64,000 nt of DNA from Clostridia bacterium (GTDB lineage Bacteria; Bacillota; Clostridia; Peptostreptococcales; Anaerovoracaceae). Location: NCBI GenBank assembly GCA_024693105.1, contig JAILLO010000046.1, forward strand, positions 479-64,478, read 5' to 3'. The number at the start of each line of letters is the position of its first letter. The first letter of the stretch is position 1. This document shows, one piece after another, positions 35,383 to 44,080 of the stretch. Made by a program: the position numbers and the translations under genes. The notes beneath the pieces are model-generated. The model searched no databases. It was not told the origin of the DNA and worked only from the letters and a program-made list of their open reading frames with translations.

Positions 35383-38121
35383 TCATAATTTGCTCAAAAT
35401 ATCACGAATCGCTTCTTCTACAGACTTCACCTCGGCAAGAAAGGCCTTTGAATCGATTTTCAGCGCGCCGTGGCCGAAAATAATCATCTGCTCAAGATTG
35501 TCCGATGTTGCGACTCTGATGCGCCGTTTACCCGCCATGCGGTGCGTCACCTTTTCTATGTACATATCCGCCGTTTCCGCCTCGCGCGTGTAAACAACAG
35601 AAATTCCATGCGTTTTTTCCACCCGGCCGGCATTGTGTCTCACCTTGTATGCGTCAAACACAAGAATGAGCTCGCACTGTGTATACCCCTGGTAATTACA
35701 CATAATATCAATGAGGCGATCCCTTGCGCTGTCTATGTTTGCCTTTGCAAGTTCCCTGAGTTCCTCCCATGCAAAGATGATATTGTAACCGTCAACCAGA
35801 AGGAATTCCGGCCCGTCAAAGGTTGCCTTTGGTGTCTTGCCTTTGTAATTACCGTACGCATCGCCTGCCGGGGAGTTTGCTTCCGCTTTCGCGGCATATG
35901 CTTTCTTGCCGGGATTGAAGGTGCTTTCCGTTGCTTCGCGGCTGACCTTCTTTTTCTGCGGAAGGTTCTGTCTGAGCGGACCGTAGGTCTTTTCAAAAAT
36001 AGCCATCAGCTCGCTGTCGGTTGCCGCGCGGCGCGTGAAAGAAGCTCTCCTTACAAGCTCAGTCTCTCCCTCATCCGAAACGCGTCTTGAAAAAATTGAC
36101 GGCAGATGCATATACTCGGGAACAAGATTCCACTTCACCGCAGTTCCGCTTCCGTGAGTGCAAAATACGGAATCCGCCGTGTTTTCGATGTCCCTGTCGC
36201 AGTCGTATCCGCACGACTGTGCGACCTCCTGCATATTGTGGCAGAGTTCGTAGCCCTTCAGCGTACAGAAAAGCTTCCCGCTGCCGTGAGTATAATTGCT
36301 TACTTCAAGCTGATAATCCTGCATGCATGCAACAGGCGCGCTGCCTGAAATCTCAGACATGCCGCCGTTTGCTTTTGGAGGTTCAAATTCTGCATTCATC
36401 CTCTGCAGATCCGACATTGCCTTCCCGACATTTTCTGTAGGAAGCGACAGCCTGAATGCGTACCACGGTTCAAGAAGCTGAACCTTTCCCTCTTCAAGCG
36501 CAGTTCTGAGCCCCTGCCTGAGTGCTCTGTATGTTGCCTGGCGGAAATCTCCGCCTTCTGTATGCTTTTCATGTGCCCGCCCCGCTACGAGCGTAATTTT
36601 CATATCACATAACGGCGAACCTGTCATAACGCCGATATGTTCCTTCTCTTCAAGGTGAGTAAGAATCAGTCTCTGCCAGTTTCTGTCAAGTTCATCCTCG
36701 CTGCAGTCACTGTCAAAAATGATTCCGCCGCCACGCGGAAGCGGCTCAAGCAGAAGATGGACCTCCGCGTAATGTCTGAGCGGCTCAAAATGCCCTACGC
36801 CCTCAAAAGCCTCCGAAATCGTCTCGCGGTAAAGTATGCTGCCGCGTTCAAATTCGACGTCCATTCCAAAGCGTTCCATGAGAAGAACCTTCAGAATTTC
36901 GGTCTGAACCTCACCCATCAGCTGCACATAAATTTTTGAAAGAGTCTCATTCCATACTACGTGAAGCTCGGGCTCCTCTTCCTCGAGAATCCTGAGGTTT
37001 GTCAGGGCCTTATGCACATCGTATCCCGGCTGCAGTCTTACCTCATAATTGAGAACCGGAGTGAGCACCGGAAATTCCGAATCCTTTTCCTCTCCGAGTC
37101 CCTGACCCGGCCTTGTATACTGCGGTCCCGTAACTGCGCAGATCATTCCCGGAAGCACCTCGTCCACAGGCTGGAATTTTTCGCCCGAATATATTCTGAT
37201 CTGATTGATTTTTTCTGTAATAACGCTGTCATTCGCTGAAGGCATAGCGGCAGAATGGGCCGGAGGTTTGCAGTTAATCGTGCTTCTCACCTTCAGAAAG
37301 CCGCCTGTTATCTTCATATGTGTAAGTCTGTTTCCGGCGCTGTCTCTTGTAATCTTGAACACCTTTGCACCGAACTTGGCAGAATAATGCGGTTCCTCCG
37401 TCAAAAGGTCAAGTGCTGCGGCAATACCGTCCGTTCCCGTCATTTTCAATGCGGATCCGCTGAAACACGGGAATAATTTGCCGGAGCTGACTGCCGAAAT
37501 AATATCGCGGTCTTTGAGCGGCGCTCCCTCAAAAAAGCTTTCAAGAAGCTTTTCATCACATTCCGCCGCCTCTTCTTCGCTAAAATCGAAGCACGAAAGC
37601 ATACTCTCCTCTTTGGAAGAGCCCGAGGCCTTTTGTGAGGCCTTGTTATTATACCGGAACTCTACGCAGCCATCCCCGAGTTTTTCCCTGATTTCAGCCA
37701 TAAGCTCATCACGCGGAATGCCTGCAAGATCCGTTTTGTTGATGAAAATAAATGTGGGAATACCGTGCATGCGCAGCAGCTGCCAGAGTGTCTGAGTATG
37801 ACTCTGCACACCGTCTGCGGCACTTATAAGAAGAACTGCACAGTCAAGAACCTGCAGTGTTCGCTCCATTTCCGGGCCAAAATCAACATGCCCCGGAGTA
37901 TCAAGAAGCGTAACAGAAGTTTTTCCCAGCTGCAGATTTGCCTGCTTGGAAAAAATCGTAATGCCACGCTCACGTTCAAGTCTGTAATTATCAAGAAAAG
38001 CGTCCCCATGGTCGACACGACCGGGTTTTCTGAGCGTACCGGAAAGGTACAAAAGTGCTTCCGACAAAGTTGTTTTGCCCGAATCCACATGCGCAAGGAC
38101 GCCGGTTACAATCCGCTTCAT
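35383..38121 (-). CDS. Fusion protein: EF-G/Tet(M)-family translational GTPase (about aa 1-690), K/A-rich linker, C-terminal Rae1/YacP NYN endoribonuclease domain (last about 142 aa, nt 35386-35811)
   Basis: G1 AHVDSGKT, G3 DTPGH, G4 NKTD, with EF-G-like domains II-V following. The C-terminus reads FLLVDGYNIIFAWEEL..VFDAY..EAETADMYIEK..VATSDNLEQMIIFGHGAL, which lines up motif by motif with B. subtilis YacP/Rae1 as I recall it. SD plus ATG at 38121. There is no stop or frameshift between the two parts. Confidence 0.85.
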   Translation of the reverse strand: MKRIVTGVLAHVDSGKTTLSEALLYLSGTLRKPGRVDHGDAFLDNYRLERERGITIFSKQANLQLGKTSVTLLDTPGHVDFGPEMERTLQVLDCAVLLISAADGVQSHTQTLWQLLRMHGIPTFIFINKTDLAGIPRDELMAEIREKLGDGCVEFRYNNKASQKASGSSKEESMLSCFDFSEEEAAECDEKLLESFFEGAPLKDRDIISAVSSGKLFPCFSGSALKMTGTDGIAAALDLLTEEPHYSAKFGAKVFKITRDSAGNRLTHMKITGGFLKVRSTINCKPPAHSAAMPSANDSVITEKINQIRIYSGEKFQPVDEVLPGMICAVTGPQYTRPGQGLGEEKDSEFPVLTPVLNYEVRLQPGYDVHKALTNLRILEEEEPELHVVWNETLSKIYVQLMGEVQTEILKVLLMERFGMDVEFERGSILYRETISEAFEGVGHFEPLRHYAEVHLLLEPLPRGGGIIFDSDCSEDELDRNWQRLILTHLEEKEHIGVMTGSPLCDMKITLVAGRAHEKHTEGGDFRQATYRALRQGLRTALEEGKVQLLEPWYAFRLSLPTENVGKAMSDLQRMNAEFEPPKANGGMSEISGSAPVACMQDYQLEVSNYTHGSGKLFCTLKGYELCHNMQEVAQSCGYDCDRDIENTADSVFCTHGSGTAVKWNLVPEYMHLPSIFSRRVSDEGETELVRRASFTRRAATDSELMAIFEKTYGPLRQNLPQKKKVSREATESTFNPGKKAYAAKAEANSPAGDAYGNYKGKTPKATFDGPEFLLVDGYNIIFAWEELRELAKANIDSARDRLIDIMCNYQGYTQCELILVFDAYKVRHNAGRVEKTHGISVVYTREAETADMYIEKVTHRMAGKRRIRVATSDNLEQMIIFGHGALKIDSKAFLAEVKSVEEAIRDILSKL

Positions 38122-38156
38122 AATACTACCTTCTCCCAAAACTCTATGTCGTTTCT

Positions 38157-38669
38157 TTAATCTATGGAGCGAACCGCATTGAATTCACCGTAAGGATTTC
38201 CCGAAAGCGTTACGCTCATATGACAGTAAATGTTTCCGTCCTGCGCCTTTGCAAAGGTAACCGTCATATTCATTGAGGCTTCAAAAACTGCCGAGGATGT
38301 TTCCTGATTGTAGTCCGCAAAAATATCATCGCTGCACTGCGGATCGAAGCAGTGCAGACGGCCTGTTCCGTCATCGTCGTAATTGTAGGTACCCATATCG
38401 TAATTGTGCTTGTTCATATAAATATTTTCGCCTATGAAATGATATGTACCTCTGATTTCCGCCAGTGTAAGATTGCCCTGAACGGCACTTTTGAAGGCTT
38501 CATCAAGTGCAACGGTTTCTTCGTTCGGCTCGTTGGGCGGTTGCTGTGTAACCGTTGAAGGAACGGCAGATGTTTCTTTTTCCGGTTCCTGTTTCTCCTC
38601 GGAGGCACAGCCTGTAAAGCAGCATAAAATAAGAACAAATATCAGTATATGCGCAAAAATCTTTTTCAT
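38157..38669 (-). CDS. Hypothetical lipoprotein (170 aa)
   Basis: Lipobox FTGC-A. AAGGAGG SD. It ends 35 nt upstream of the GTPase-NYN gene. Confidence 0.7.
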   Translation of the reverse strand: MKKIFAHILIFVLILCCFTGCASEEKQEPEKETSAVPSTVTQQPPNEPNEETVALDEAFKSAVQGNLTLAEIRGTYHFIGENIYMNKHNYDMGTYNYDDDGTGRLHCFDPQCSDDIFADYNQETSSAVFEASMNMTVTFAKAQDGNIYCHMSVTLSGNPYGEFNAVRSID

Positions 38670-38716
38670 CGGTTGTTCCTCCTTTTGTCTAAATCAGCAA
38701 ATAACTATACAGATAT

Positions 38717-38745
38717 ATTTTACCATATTCGCCCCACATAGGCAA
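38717..38745 (-). promoter_or_regulatory. SigmaA-type promoter for the lipoprotein gene and the downstream GTPase-NYN gene
   Basis: TTGCCT, 17-nt spacer, (TGg)TAAAAT, about 45 nt upstream of ATG 38669. Confidence 0.5.
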
Positions 38746-38753
38746 CAAACGGG

Positions 38754-38803
38754 AAGGACTTCAGTATGCGATAACGGCAAGGACTTCAGTATGCGATAAC
38801 GGC
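38754..38803. repeat. Perfect tandem direct repeat, 2 x 25 bp
   Basis: AAGGACTTCAGTATGCGATAACGGC at 38754-38778 and again at 38779-38803. It starts 9 nt beyond the predicted -35 element. Confidence 0.95.
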
Positions 38804-38813
38804 CGGATTCTTT

Positions 38814-38850
38814 AACGCCCCTCGCAGTACATATGCGAAGGGCGTTTTTA
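38814..38850 (+). terminator. Plus-strand intrinsic-terminator-like hairpin with no upstream plus-strand CDS
   Basis: AACGCCCcTCGC-N9-GCGAaGGGCGTT followed by TTTTA. Confidence 0.4.
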
Positions 38851-38943
38851 TTATACTTTGTCGGGAACAAAATAATGTACAGCACAGATTAAATCAAGAG
38901 TCGGCTCCCGGTTTAATCGATGCATAAGCGTTATACCGAGATA

Positions 38944-38972
38944 CTAAAAAAACAGTAGCCGAAACTACTGTT
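38944..38972 (-). terminator. Rho-independent terminator of the tRNA operon
   Basis: AACAGTAG-N6-CTACTGTT followed by T7 on the minus strand. Confidence 0.75.
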
Positions 38973-38982
38973 TTCAATTCAT

Positions 38983-39058
<76 letters not shown>

Positions 39059-39090
39059 ATATCAGGTTGACCGGTAATCGGCTTAAATGT

Positions 39091-39179
39091 TGGTGCCGGA
39101 AACCGGGGTCGAACCGGTACGATCGGTAAGGATCGCAGGATTTTAAGTCCTGTGCGTCTGCCAATTCCGCCATTCCGGC
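39091..39179 (-). tRNA. tRNA-Leu (TAA), class II with a long variable arm
   Basis: GCCGGAA/TTCCGGC acceptor stem, anticodon loop CTTAAAA, 89 nt, encoded CCA. Confidence 0.85.
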
Positions 39180-39232
39180 ACAAGTTCAGACATCAAAAGA
39201 GGGTTTTTCACCCTCTGCAATGTCTAAAAAAA

Positions 39233-39307
39233 TGGCTGCGAAGGAGGGGCTCGAACCCTCGACCTTGCGGTTAACAGCCGCCTGCTCCACCATTGAGCTA
39301 CTTCGCA
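39233..39307 (-). tRNA. tRNA-Asn (GTT)
   Basis: TGCGAAG/CTTCGCA acceptor stem, anticodon loop CTGTTAA, T-loop GGTTCGAGCCC, encoded CCA. Confidence 0.8.
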
Positions 39308-39338
39308 ACAACATCATCACTTCTCAGCGACAAGAATT

Positions 39339-39367
39339 ATTATACATAAGGGTGACACTCTTGTCAA
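39339..39367 (-). promoter_or_regulatory. Consensus sigmaA promoter of the tRNA operon
   Basis: TTGACA, 17-nt spacer, TATAAT, with an A/T-rich UP-like region upstream. It lies about 30 nt before the tRNA-Asn 5' end. Confidence 0.75.
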
Positions 39368-39702
39368 CCAAAAAAATAAGTTTTTTCACAAAATACTTGT
39401 GCAATTTTGCATTATTTTTTTGTAACCTTTTATAAGCGCCGTTTTTATGTATCTGTCTCGAAACAGATTGAATTTTCAGGCATTTCGCCATGTCAGCTCC
39501 ACAGATGTCCGCTTTGTTTTCACCTTGTCACCCGCTCCGTCTTCACCGACGCCACCGGTCAGCAGAACCTCCCTCATTACACCGAAAAAGCCGCCGCATA
39601 TTCTCCCAACATTCTTATTGTTACGCAAACCCTCGTTTGTTATAATAGTTCTACGGACATTTATAAAGTCATCAGAGTTATTTTAAATAAAAAGGAGAAA
39701 TT

Positions 39703-40860
39703 ATGGGAAACGATATTTTTAATGGAGCAAAAAAACTCGGCTTCGGGCTGATGAGACTTCCGCTTCTCGACAAATCGGATGAAGGAAGTATCGATATTGA
39801 ACAGATGAAGACAATGGTTGATGAATATCTGGCAAACGGCTTCACATATTTTGATACGGCATGGATGTATTGCGGTTTCAAAAGCGAGCCTGCCACAAAA
39901 ACAGCACTTGTCGACCGTTACCCAAGAGACAGCTTCACACTTGCAACAAAAATGCATGTTGGTTTCATCAAAACTGCAGAAGAATGCGAAACTTATTTCA
40001 ACGCGCAGCTTGAAAAAACGGGTGCCGGATATTTCGATTATTACCTGCTGCATGACATCAATACACGCTCACTGAAAAAATTCAACAGCCTCGGTGCATT
40101 CGACTTCGTTAATGAAAAGAAAGCAAAAGGCCTTATTAAACATATCGGTTTTTCCTTCCACGACAGTGCCGCACTTCTTGAGGAATTTCTGAACGAACAT
40201 CCCGGAGAATTCGAATTTGTACAGTTGCAGTTCAACTACCTTGATTACAACAACCCGGGCATTCAGTCAAAAGCCTGTTATGACGTGGCAACGGCGCACG
40301 GTGTGCCTGTAATCGTCATGGAGCCTGTCAAAGGCGGCACGCTTGTAAATCTCTCCGATGAGGCAAAGGCGAAATTCACTTCCTTCAACCCGGGCGCAAG
40401 CATCGCATCGTGGGCTGTCCGTTTTGCGGCATCATTTGACAATGTAAAGATGGTTCTTTCCGGCATGAGCAGCATTGAACAGATGAAAGACAATATCAGC
40501 TACATGAAGGACTTCCGGCCGATTACGCCTGAAGAACAGAAGGTTATCGATGAAGTTGTGGAAGTTATCAACGGAGAAAATTCCATTCCATGTACAGGCT
40601 GTGCATACTGCACTTCCGGCTGTCCTCAGAACATTGCAATTCCACAGTTCTTTGCTCTTTACAATGCAGAGAGAAAAGAAAATCCGAACCGCGACCATGC
40701 ATGGACTTCGCAGGAATCATATTATGTAATGTATTCGAGGAATTTTGCGAAAGCAAGCGCGTGCATCGAATGCGGTCAGTGTGAGGAAATCTGTCCTCAG
40801 CACCTGCCGGTCATCGAGCATCTGAAAACTGTTGCCGATTACTTCGAACCAAAGAAATAA
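39703..40860 (+). CDS. Aldo/keto reductase with a C-terminal 2x[4Fe-4S] ferredoxin-like domain
   Basis: AKR N-terminus (LGFGLMRLP...FDTAWMY) and C-terminal CTGCAYCTSGCP / CIECGQCEEICP. Confidence 0.85.
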   Translation: MGNDIFNGAKKLGFGLMRLPLLDKSDEGSIDIEQMKTMVDEYLANGFTYFDTAWMYCGFKSEPATKTALVDRYPRDSFTLATKMHVGFIKTAEECETYFNAQLEKTGAGYFDYYLLHDINTRSLKKFNSLGAFDFVNEKKAKGLIKHIGFSFHDSAALLEEFLNEHPGEFEFVQLQFNYLDYNNPGIQSKACYDVATAHGVPVIVMEPVKGGTLVNLSDEAKAKFTSFNPGASIASWAVRFAASFDNVKMVLSGMSSIEQMKDNISYMKDFRPITPEEQKVIDEVVEVINGENSIPCTGCAYCTSGCPQNIAIPQFFALYNAERKENPNRDHAWTSQESYYVMYSRNFAKASACIECGQCEEICPQHLPVIEHLKTVADYFEPKK

Positions 40861-40877
40861 ACTCCGAACATATTCAA

Positions 40878-40907
40878 AGCGGGATGCAAAATGCATCCCG
40901 CTTTTTT
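40878..40907 (+). terminator. Rho-independent terminator
   Basis: AGCGGGATGCA-N3-TGCATCCCGCT followed by T6. Confidence 0.85.
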
Positions 40908-40979
40908 CGTTTGCGCCCGGGTGAATTCATGAGCTTCAGTGCTCAATTTCCGGCATGTTCAGCGGTCTTATGTTTATGC

Positions 40980-41030
40980 TTGAAATCCTGCAGCTATATA
41001 TGTATAATGTATATACAGTTATACATATAT
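40980..41030 (+). promoter_or_regulatory. mazEF promoter with an overlapping 12-bp inverted-repeat operator
   Basis: TTGAAA, 17-nt spacer, TATAAT (41003-41008). Inverted repeat ATATATGTATAA (40996-41007) / TTATACATATAT (41019-41030). Confidence 0.6.
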
Positions 41031-41055
41031 ACATGCCGATGGACGGAGGTGCTAT

Positions 41056-41298
41056 ATGAGGCAGGTTGCATTGAAAGCTTGGGGAAACAGCCAGGCAATA
41101 AGAATTCCAAAGGAAATAATTGAACTTATGCATTTAAAAACGTCGGATGTTCTGGATATAAGTATTGAAAACGATGCGATTGTGCTCAGAAAGCACTTTG
41201 TCCATAAAACATTCGAGGAAAGAATGGCAGCATATGGGGGAACAATTTCTGTTTGCGATTTTGACTGGGGCGATCCAAAAGGAAAGGAAATATTATGA
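41056..41298 (+). CDS. mazE: AbrB/MazE-family antitoxin
   Basis: KAWGNSQAIRIPKEI SpoVT-AbrB motif. 80 aa. ATGA overlap with the toxin gene. Confidence 0.8.
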   Translation: MRQVALKAWGNSQAIRIPKEIIELMHLKTSDVLDISIENDAIVLRKHFVHKTFEERMAAYGGTISVCDFDWGDPKGKEIL

Positions 41299-41606
41299 CC
41301 GGATTTTCTCAGGGTGATATCATTAAAATCAGCGGATTCAAAAGACGCTTATTCGTTATAGTCAGCAAAAATGCTTTTATCAGAGCTACAGGGATTTTTC
41401 ACGTCTGCCCGTTTATACCGGGGATTCCCGAAGGTCCGATTCATATTACCGCAGCAGGCCGAAACGGTGCACAGGGTACGGTTATTTGCGAACAGATGAA
41501 GGCAATTGACCCGAATGCCAGAAGCTGTTCCAAAACCGACATTTTAGAGTATAGCGATATTATGAACATATCCGATGTCATTCAAGGCATATTTGAATAT
41601 GATTGA
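41295..41606 (+). CDS. mazF: MazF/PemK-family endoribonuclease toxin
   Basis: 103 aa. GDIIKI...VCPFIP...GTVICEQMKAIDPNAR matches the MazF fold pattern. Confidence 0.75.
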   Translation: MTGFSQGDIIKISGFKRRLFVIVSKNAFIRATGIFHVCPFIPGIPEGPIHITAAGRNGAQGTVICEQMKAIDPNARSCSKTDILEYSDIMNISDVIQGIFEYD

Positions 41607-41771
41607 TATTTGGTGCTATCTTGGTTTCTCCTTATCCCGTCATTTCTCACCTTCTGAATCTGCATGCCTGCATACGGCCATACAGCAAATCTGCATTCCG
41701 GCCGCATAAGCTCTTTCGATATTTCGCATTTTGTGGTACAGTATAAAGGTATTACAGAAAGGAGCAAAGCA

Positions 41772-42518
41772 GTGGCTACAGACAATAAACTGATATTTTC
41801 AAAGGAAAGAAGTATAGATTCTGCATATATGGATTCGGAAGTAAAGCTTGGCGTTGCTCAGGCACTTCTCATGCTGCAGGACAATTTTACCGACTATTTT
41901 TATACATTGAAATGTGACGGTGTACGTCTTCGTGAAATAGGCTATTTCTGGGTATTTACGAAGATGAAGGTAAAATTCTTCAAACGCCCGAACTGGCATG
42001 AGGTCATTGATACGGCTACGTTTACAGTCAAAAATACACGCTTGAAAACAAGCGTAAACAGCATATTCAAGGACAAAACAACAGGCGAGCCGCTTCTGAT
42101 TGCAAATCAGGAAGCCTGCATTCTCGACCTCAAAAAACATCATCCCGTTGCGCTTGCAAAAGTCCCTTATCCGAACGAAGGCTTCCCCGAAGCAATTTTT
42201 GATGAACCGTTCGGAAAGTTCGGCTCTGATGACACGGGCTACGAAGAAATATACGATCACAAAATCAGATATTCTCAGATTGACATGTCTCATCATCTCA
42301 ACAATATTGAGTATATCAGACTTGCAGTCAATGTCTTTTCGGAAGAATTTATGCTTACGCATGAAGTTGACAGCCTCGAGGTTCATTACACAGGCGAAAG
42401 CAAAGAAGGACAAACGCTCAGAATTTACAAAGCCGAAAAGGAAGACGGCACATATATCAGAATCAAGGAAAGCGAACGCTGTGTTTTCGATATGAGAATC
42501 AGCTTTCGCGACAAATAA
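41772..42518 (+). CDS. Acyl-ACP thioesterase (double hotdog)
   Basis: DMSHHLNNIEY (the D-x-N-x-H-V-N-N-x-x-Y-type motif). GTG start 6 nt after GGAGCA. 248 aa. Confidence 0.7.
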   Translation: MATDNKLIFSKERSIDSAYMDSEVKLGVAQALLMLQDNFTDYFYTLKCDGVRLREIGYFWVFTKMKVKFFKRPNWHEVIDTATFTVKNTRLKTSVNSIFKDKTTGEPLLIANQEACILDLKKHHPVALAKVPYPNEGFPEAIFDEPFGKFGSDDTGYEEIYDHKIRYSQIDMSHHLNNIEYIRLAVNVFSEEFMLTHEVDSLEVHYTGESKEGQTLRIYKAEKEDGTYIRIKESERCVFDMRISFRDK

Positions 42519-42585
42519 TTATCCCCATCGGAATGATGGAAGAACGTTGCAAAAGATTAGTTCTCCATCTACAGGCAAAGTAAAA

Positions 42586-42627
42586 CAGAGGTCTTGGATT
42601 TTAAGTCAAAAACCTCTGCTTTTTTTG
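42586..42627 (+). terminator. Rho-independent terminator
   Basis: CAGAGGT-N19-ACCTCTG followed by CT7. Confidence 0.7.
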
Positions 42628-42648
42628 TTGATATTATCGGTAATCACC

Positions 42649-42720
42649 CCACCAAACCGTCCGCAAAAACGTTTGGATAATTTTAAATTGTCCACCAAAC
42701 CGTTCTGCTAAAACGTTTGA
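42649..42720. repeat. Two copies of a 29-bp hairpin-containing element, 43 bp apart
   Basis: CCACCAAACCGTCCGCAAAAACGTTTGGA and CCACCAAACCGTTCTGCTAAAACGTTTGA. Confidence 0.6.
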
Positions 42721-42733
42721 TTTTCCGTTGTCT

Positions 42734-44080
42734 TTAGCCGATTCCTCCAAGGAAAGCACCTGCGATAAGTGCGATAAGCGCCATCGGAACGAATACAAAT
42801 TTTCCGAGTCCTATGAAATACTTTCCTATGTAAGGATATTCCTTTCCTGCGCCGAGTTTAACGGCATCGATTGCGGTTTTGCGGTCAAGAATCCAGAAGA
42901 ACATGATGCCGGCAAGCATTGCGCCAAGCGGGCATACATAGATTGAAACGGCATCCATCCATCCCGAAACGATACCCTGAATCGAAAGCGCCACGCCTCC
43001 TCCGATTACAAATACAACAATCGCTGCTGCTTTTCTTCCAAGTCCGAATACTTCCTGAAGCGCCGCAACCGGAACCTCGTACAGATTGATAAGTGAAGTA
43101 AGTCCCGCAAAAAGAACGCATATATAGAATATGCAGCATACAAGATGTCCTGCAGGCATTCCGTTAAATACATTAAGAAGTGAAATAAACATAAGTCCCG
43201 GGCCGCCTGAGGAAAGCTCTGCGCCGCCGACTGCCATCGTCGGTACAATTACAAGTGTTGCAATAAATGAAGCCAATGTGTCAAAAATAGCAATATGCTT
43301 TGCCGAAAGCACCAGATCCTCGTCTTTTCCAAGATACGAGCCATATATAACCGTGCCGTTTCCCGCTATCGAAAGTGAGAAAAAGGCCTGACCGAAAGCA
43401 AATATCCAGAGTCTCGGATCTTTAAAGCCTTCAGGATTAATTGTGAAAACAAATTTGTAGCCGTCTGCCGCTCCCGGAAGAGTTGCCACATAAATACCGA
43501 GTCCAACCATCAGAACAAACAGCGCAGGCATAAGGATTTTGTTAATTCTCTCGATACCTGCCGAAACTCCGAGGATTGCAATTATTGCAGTAAGAATAAC
43601 GGCTGTTACGAGCCATCCGTTATTACCCCATGCAGATGCCGTTCCTCCGAAATAACCTCCGATTTCATCCATATTCTGTCCCATCGAAGAAAGCTCGCCT
43701 CCGATTGCCGAAACAGCATACTTAAAAATCCAGCCTACAACTACCGTATATCCGATTGCAAGGCCAAGCGCGCCGATAACCGGAATGTAGCCTATATATC
43801 TGCCCGAAGCGTTCCCGAAACGCCTTTCGGTACAACCTTTAAACGCGCCTATAGGTCCCGCATGCATATAGCGTCCCAATGCGATTTCCTCAACAACTCC
43901 GGTGCTTCCGATGAGAATTACAAAAATAATATACGGCAGAAGAAACGTCAGTCCGCCCCAGTCGGCAACCATATACGGGAATCTCCAGATGTTTCCCATG
44001 CCGACCGCAGAACCTACACATGCAAGCGTAAAACCCCATCTGCTCTTGAATCCATCTCTGTTATTTTGTAAAGAATCCAT
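42734..44080 (-). CDS. Neurotransmitter:sodium symporter (NSS/SNF) family transporter
   Basis: FKSRWGFTLACVGSAVGMGNIWRFPY signature. Multi-TM protein. Confidence 0.85.
   Translation of the reverse strand: MDSLQNNRDGFKSRWGFTLACVGSAVGMGNIWRFPYMVADWGGLTFLLPYIIFVILIGSTGVVEEIALGRYMHAGPIGAFKGCTERRFGNASGRYIGYIPVIGALGLAIGYTVVVGWIFKYAVSAIGGELSSMGQNMDEIGGYFGGTASAWGNNGWLVTAVILTAIIAILGVSAGIERINKILMPALFVLMVGLGIYVATLPGAADGYKFVFTINPEGFKDPRLWIFAFGQAFFSLSIAGNGTVIYGSYLGKDEDLVLSAKHIAIFDTLASFIATLVIVPTMAVGGAELSSGGPGLMFISLLNVFNGMPAGHLVCCIFYICVLFAGLTSLINLYEVPVAALQEVFGLGRKAAAIVVFVIGGGVALSIQGIVSGWMDAVSIYVCPLGAMLAGIMFFWILDRKTAIDAVKLGAGKEYPYIGKYFIGLGKFVFVPMALIALIAGAFLGGIG

Noticed and set aside
35383-38121. Calling the GTPase fusion a Tet(M)/Tet(W)-type tetracycline-resistance gene or a mobile ARG.
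   Set aside because: The N-terminal similarity to ribosomal-protection proteins is real. However, the gene sits in a core context with no Tn916-like or other mobile genes, carries an additional NYN nuclease domain, and nothing in the sequence demonstrates resistance. A resistance label would be over-annotation.
39220-39435. A 71-aa plus-strand ORF.
   Set aside because: It overlaps tRNA-Asn and its consensus promoter on the opposite strand, and it has no SD.
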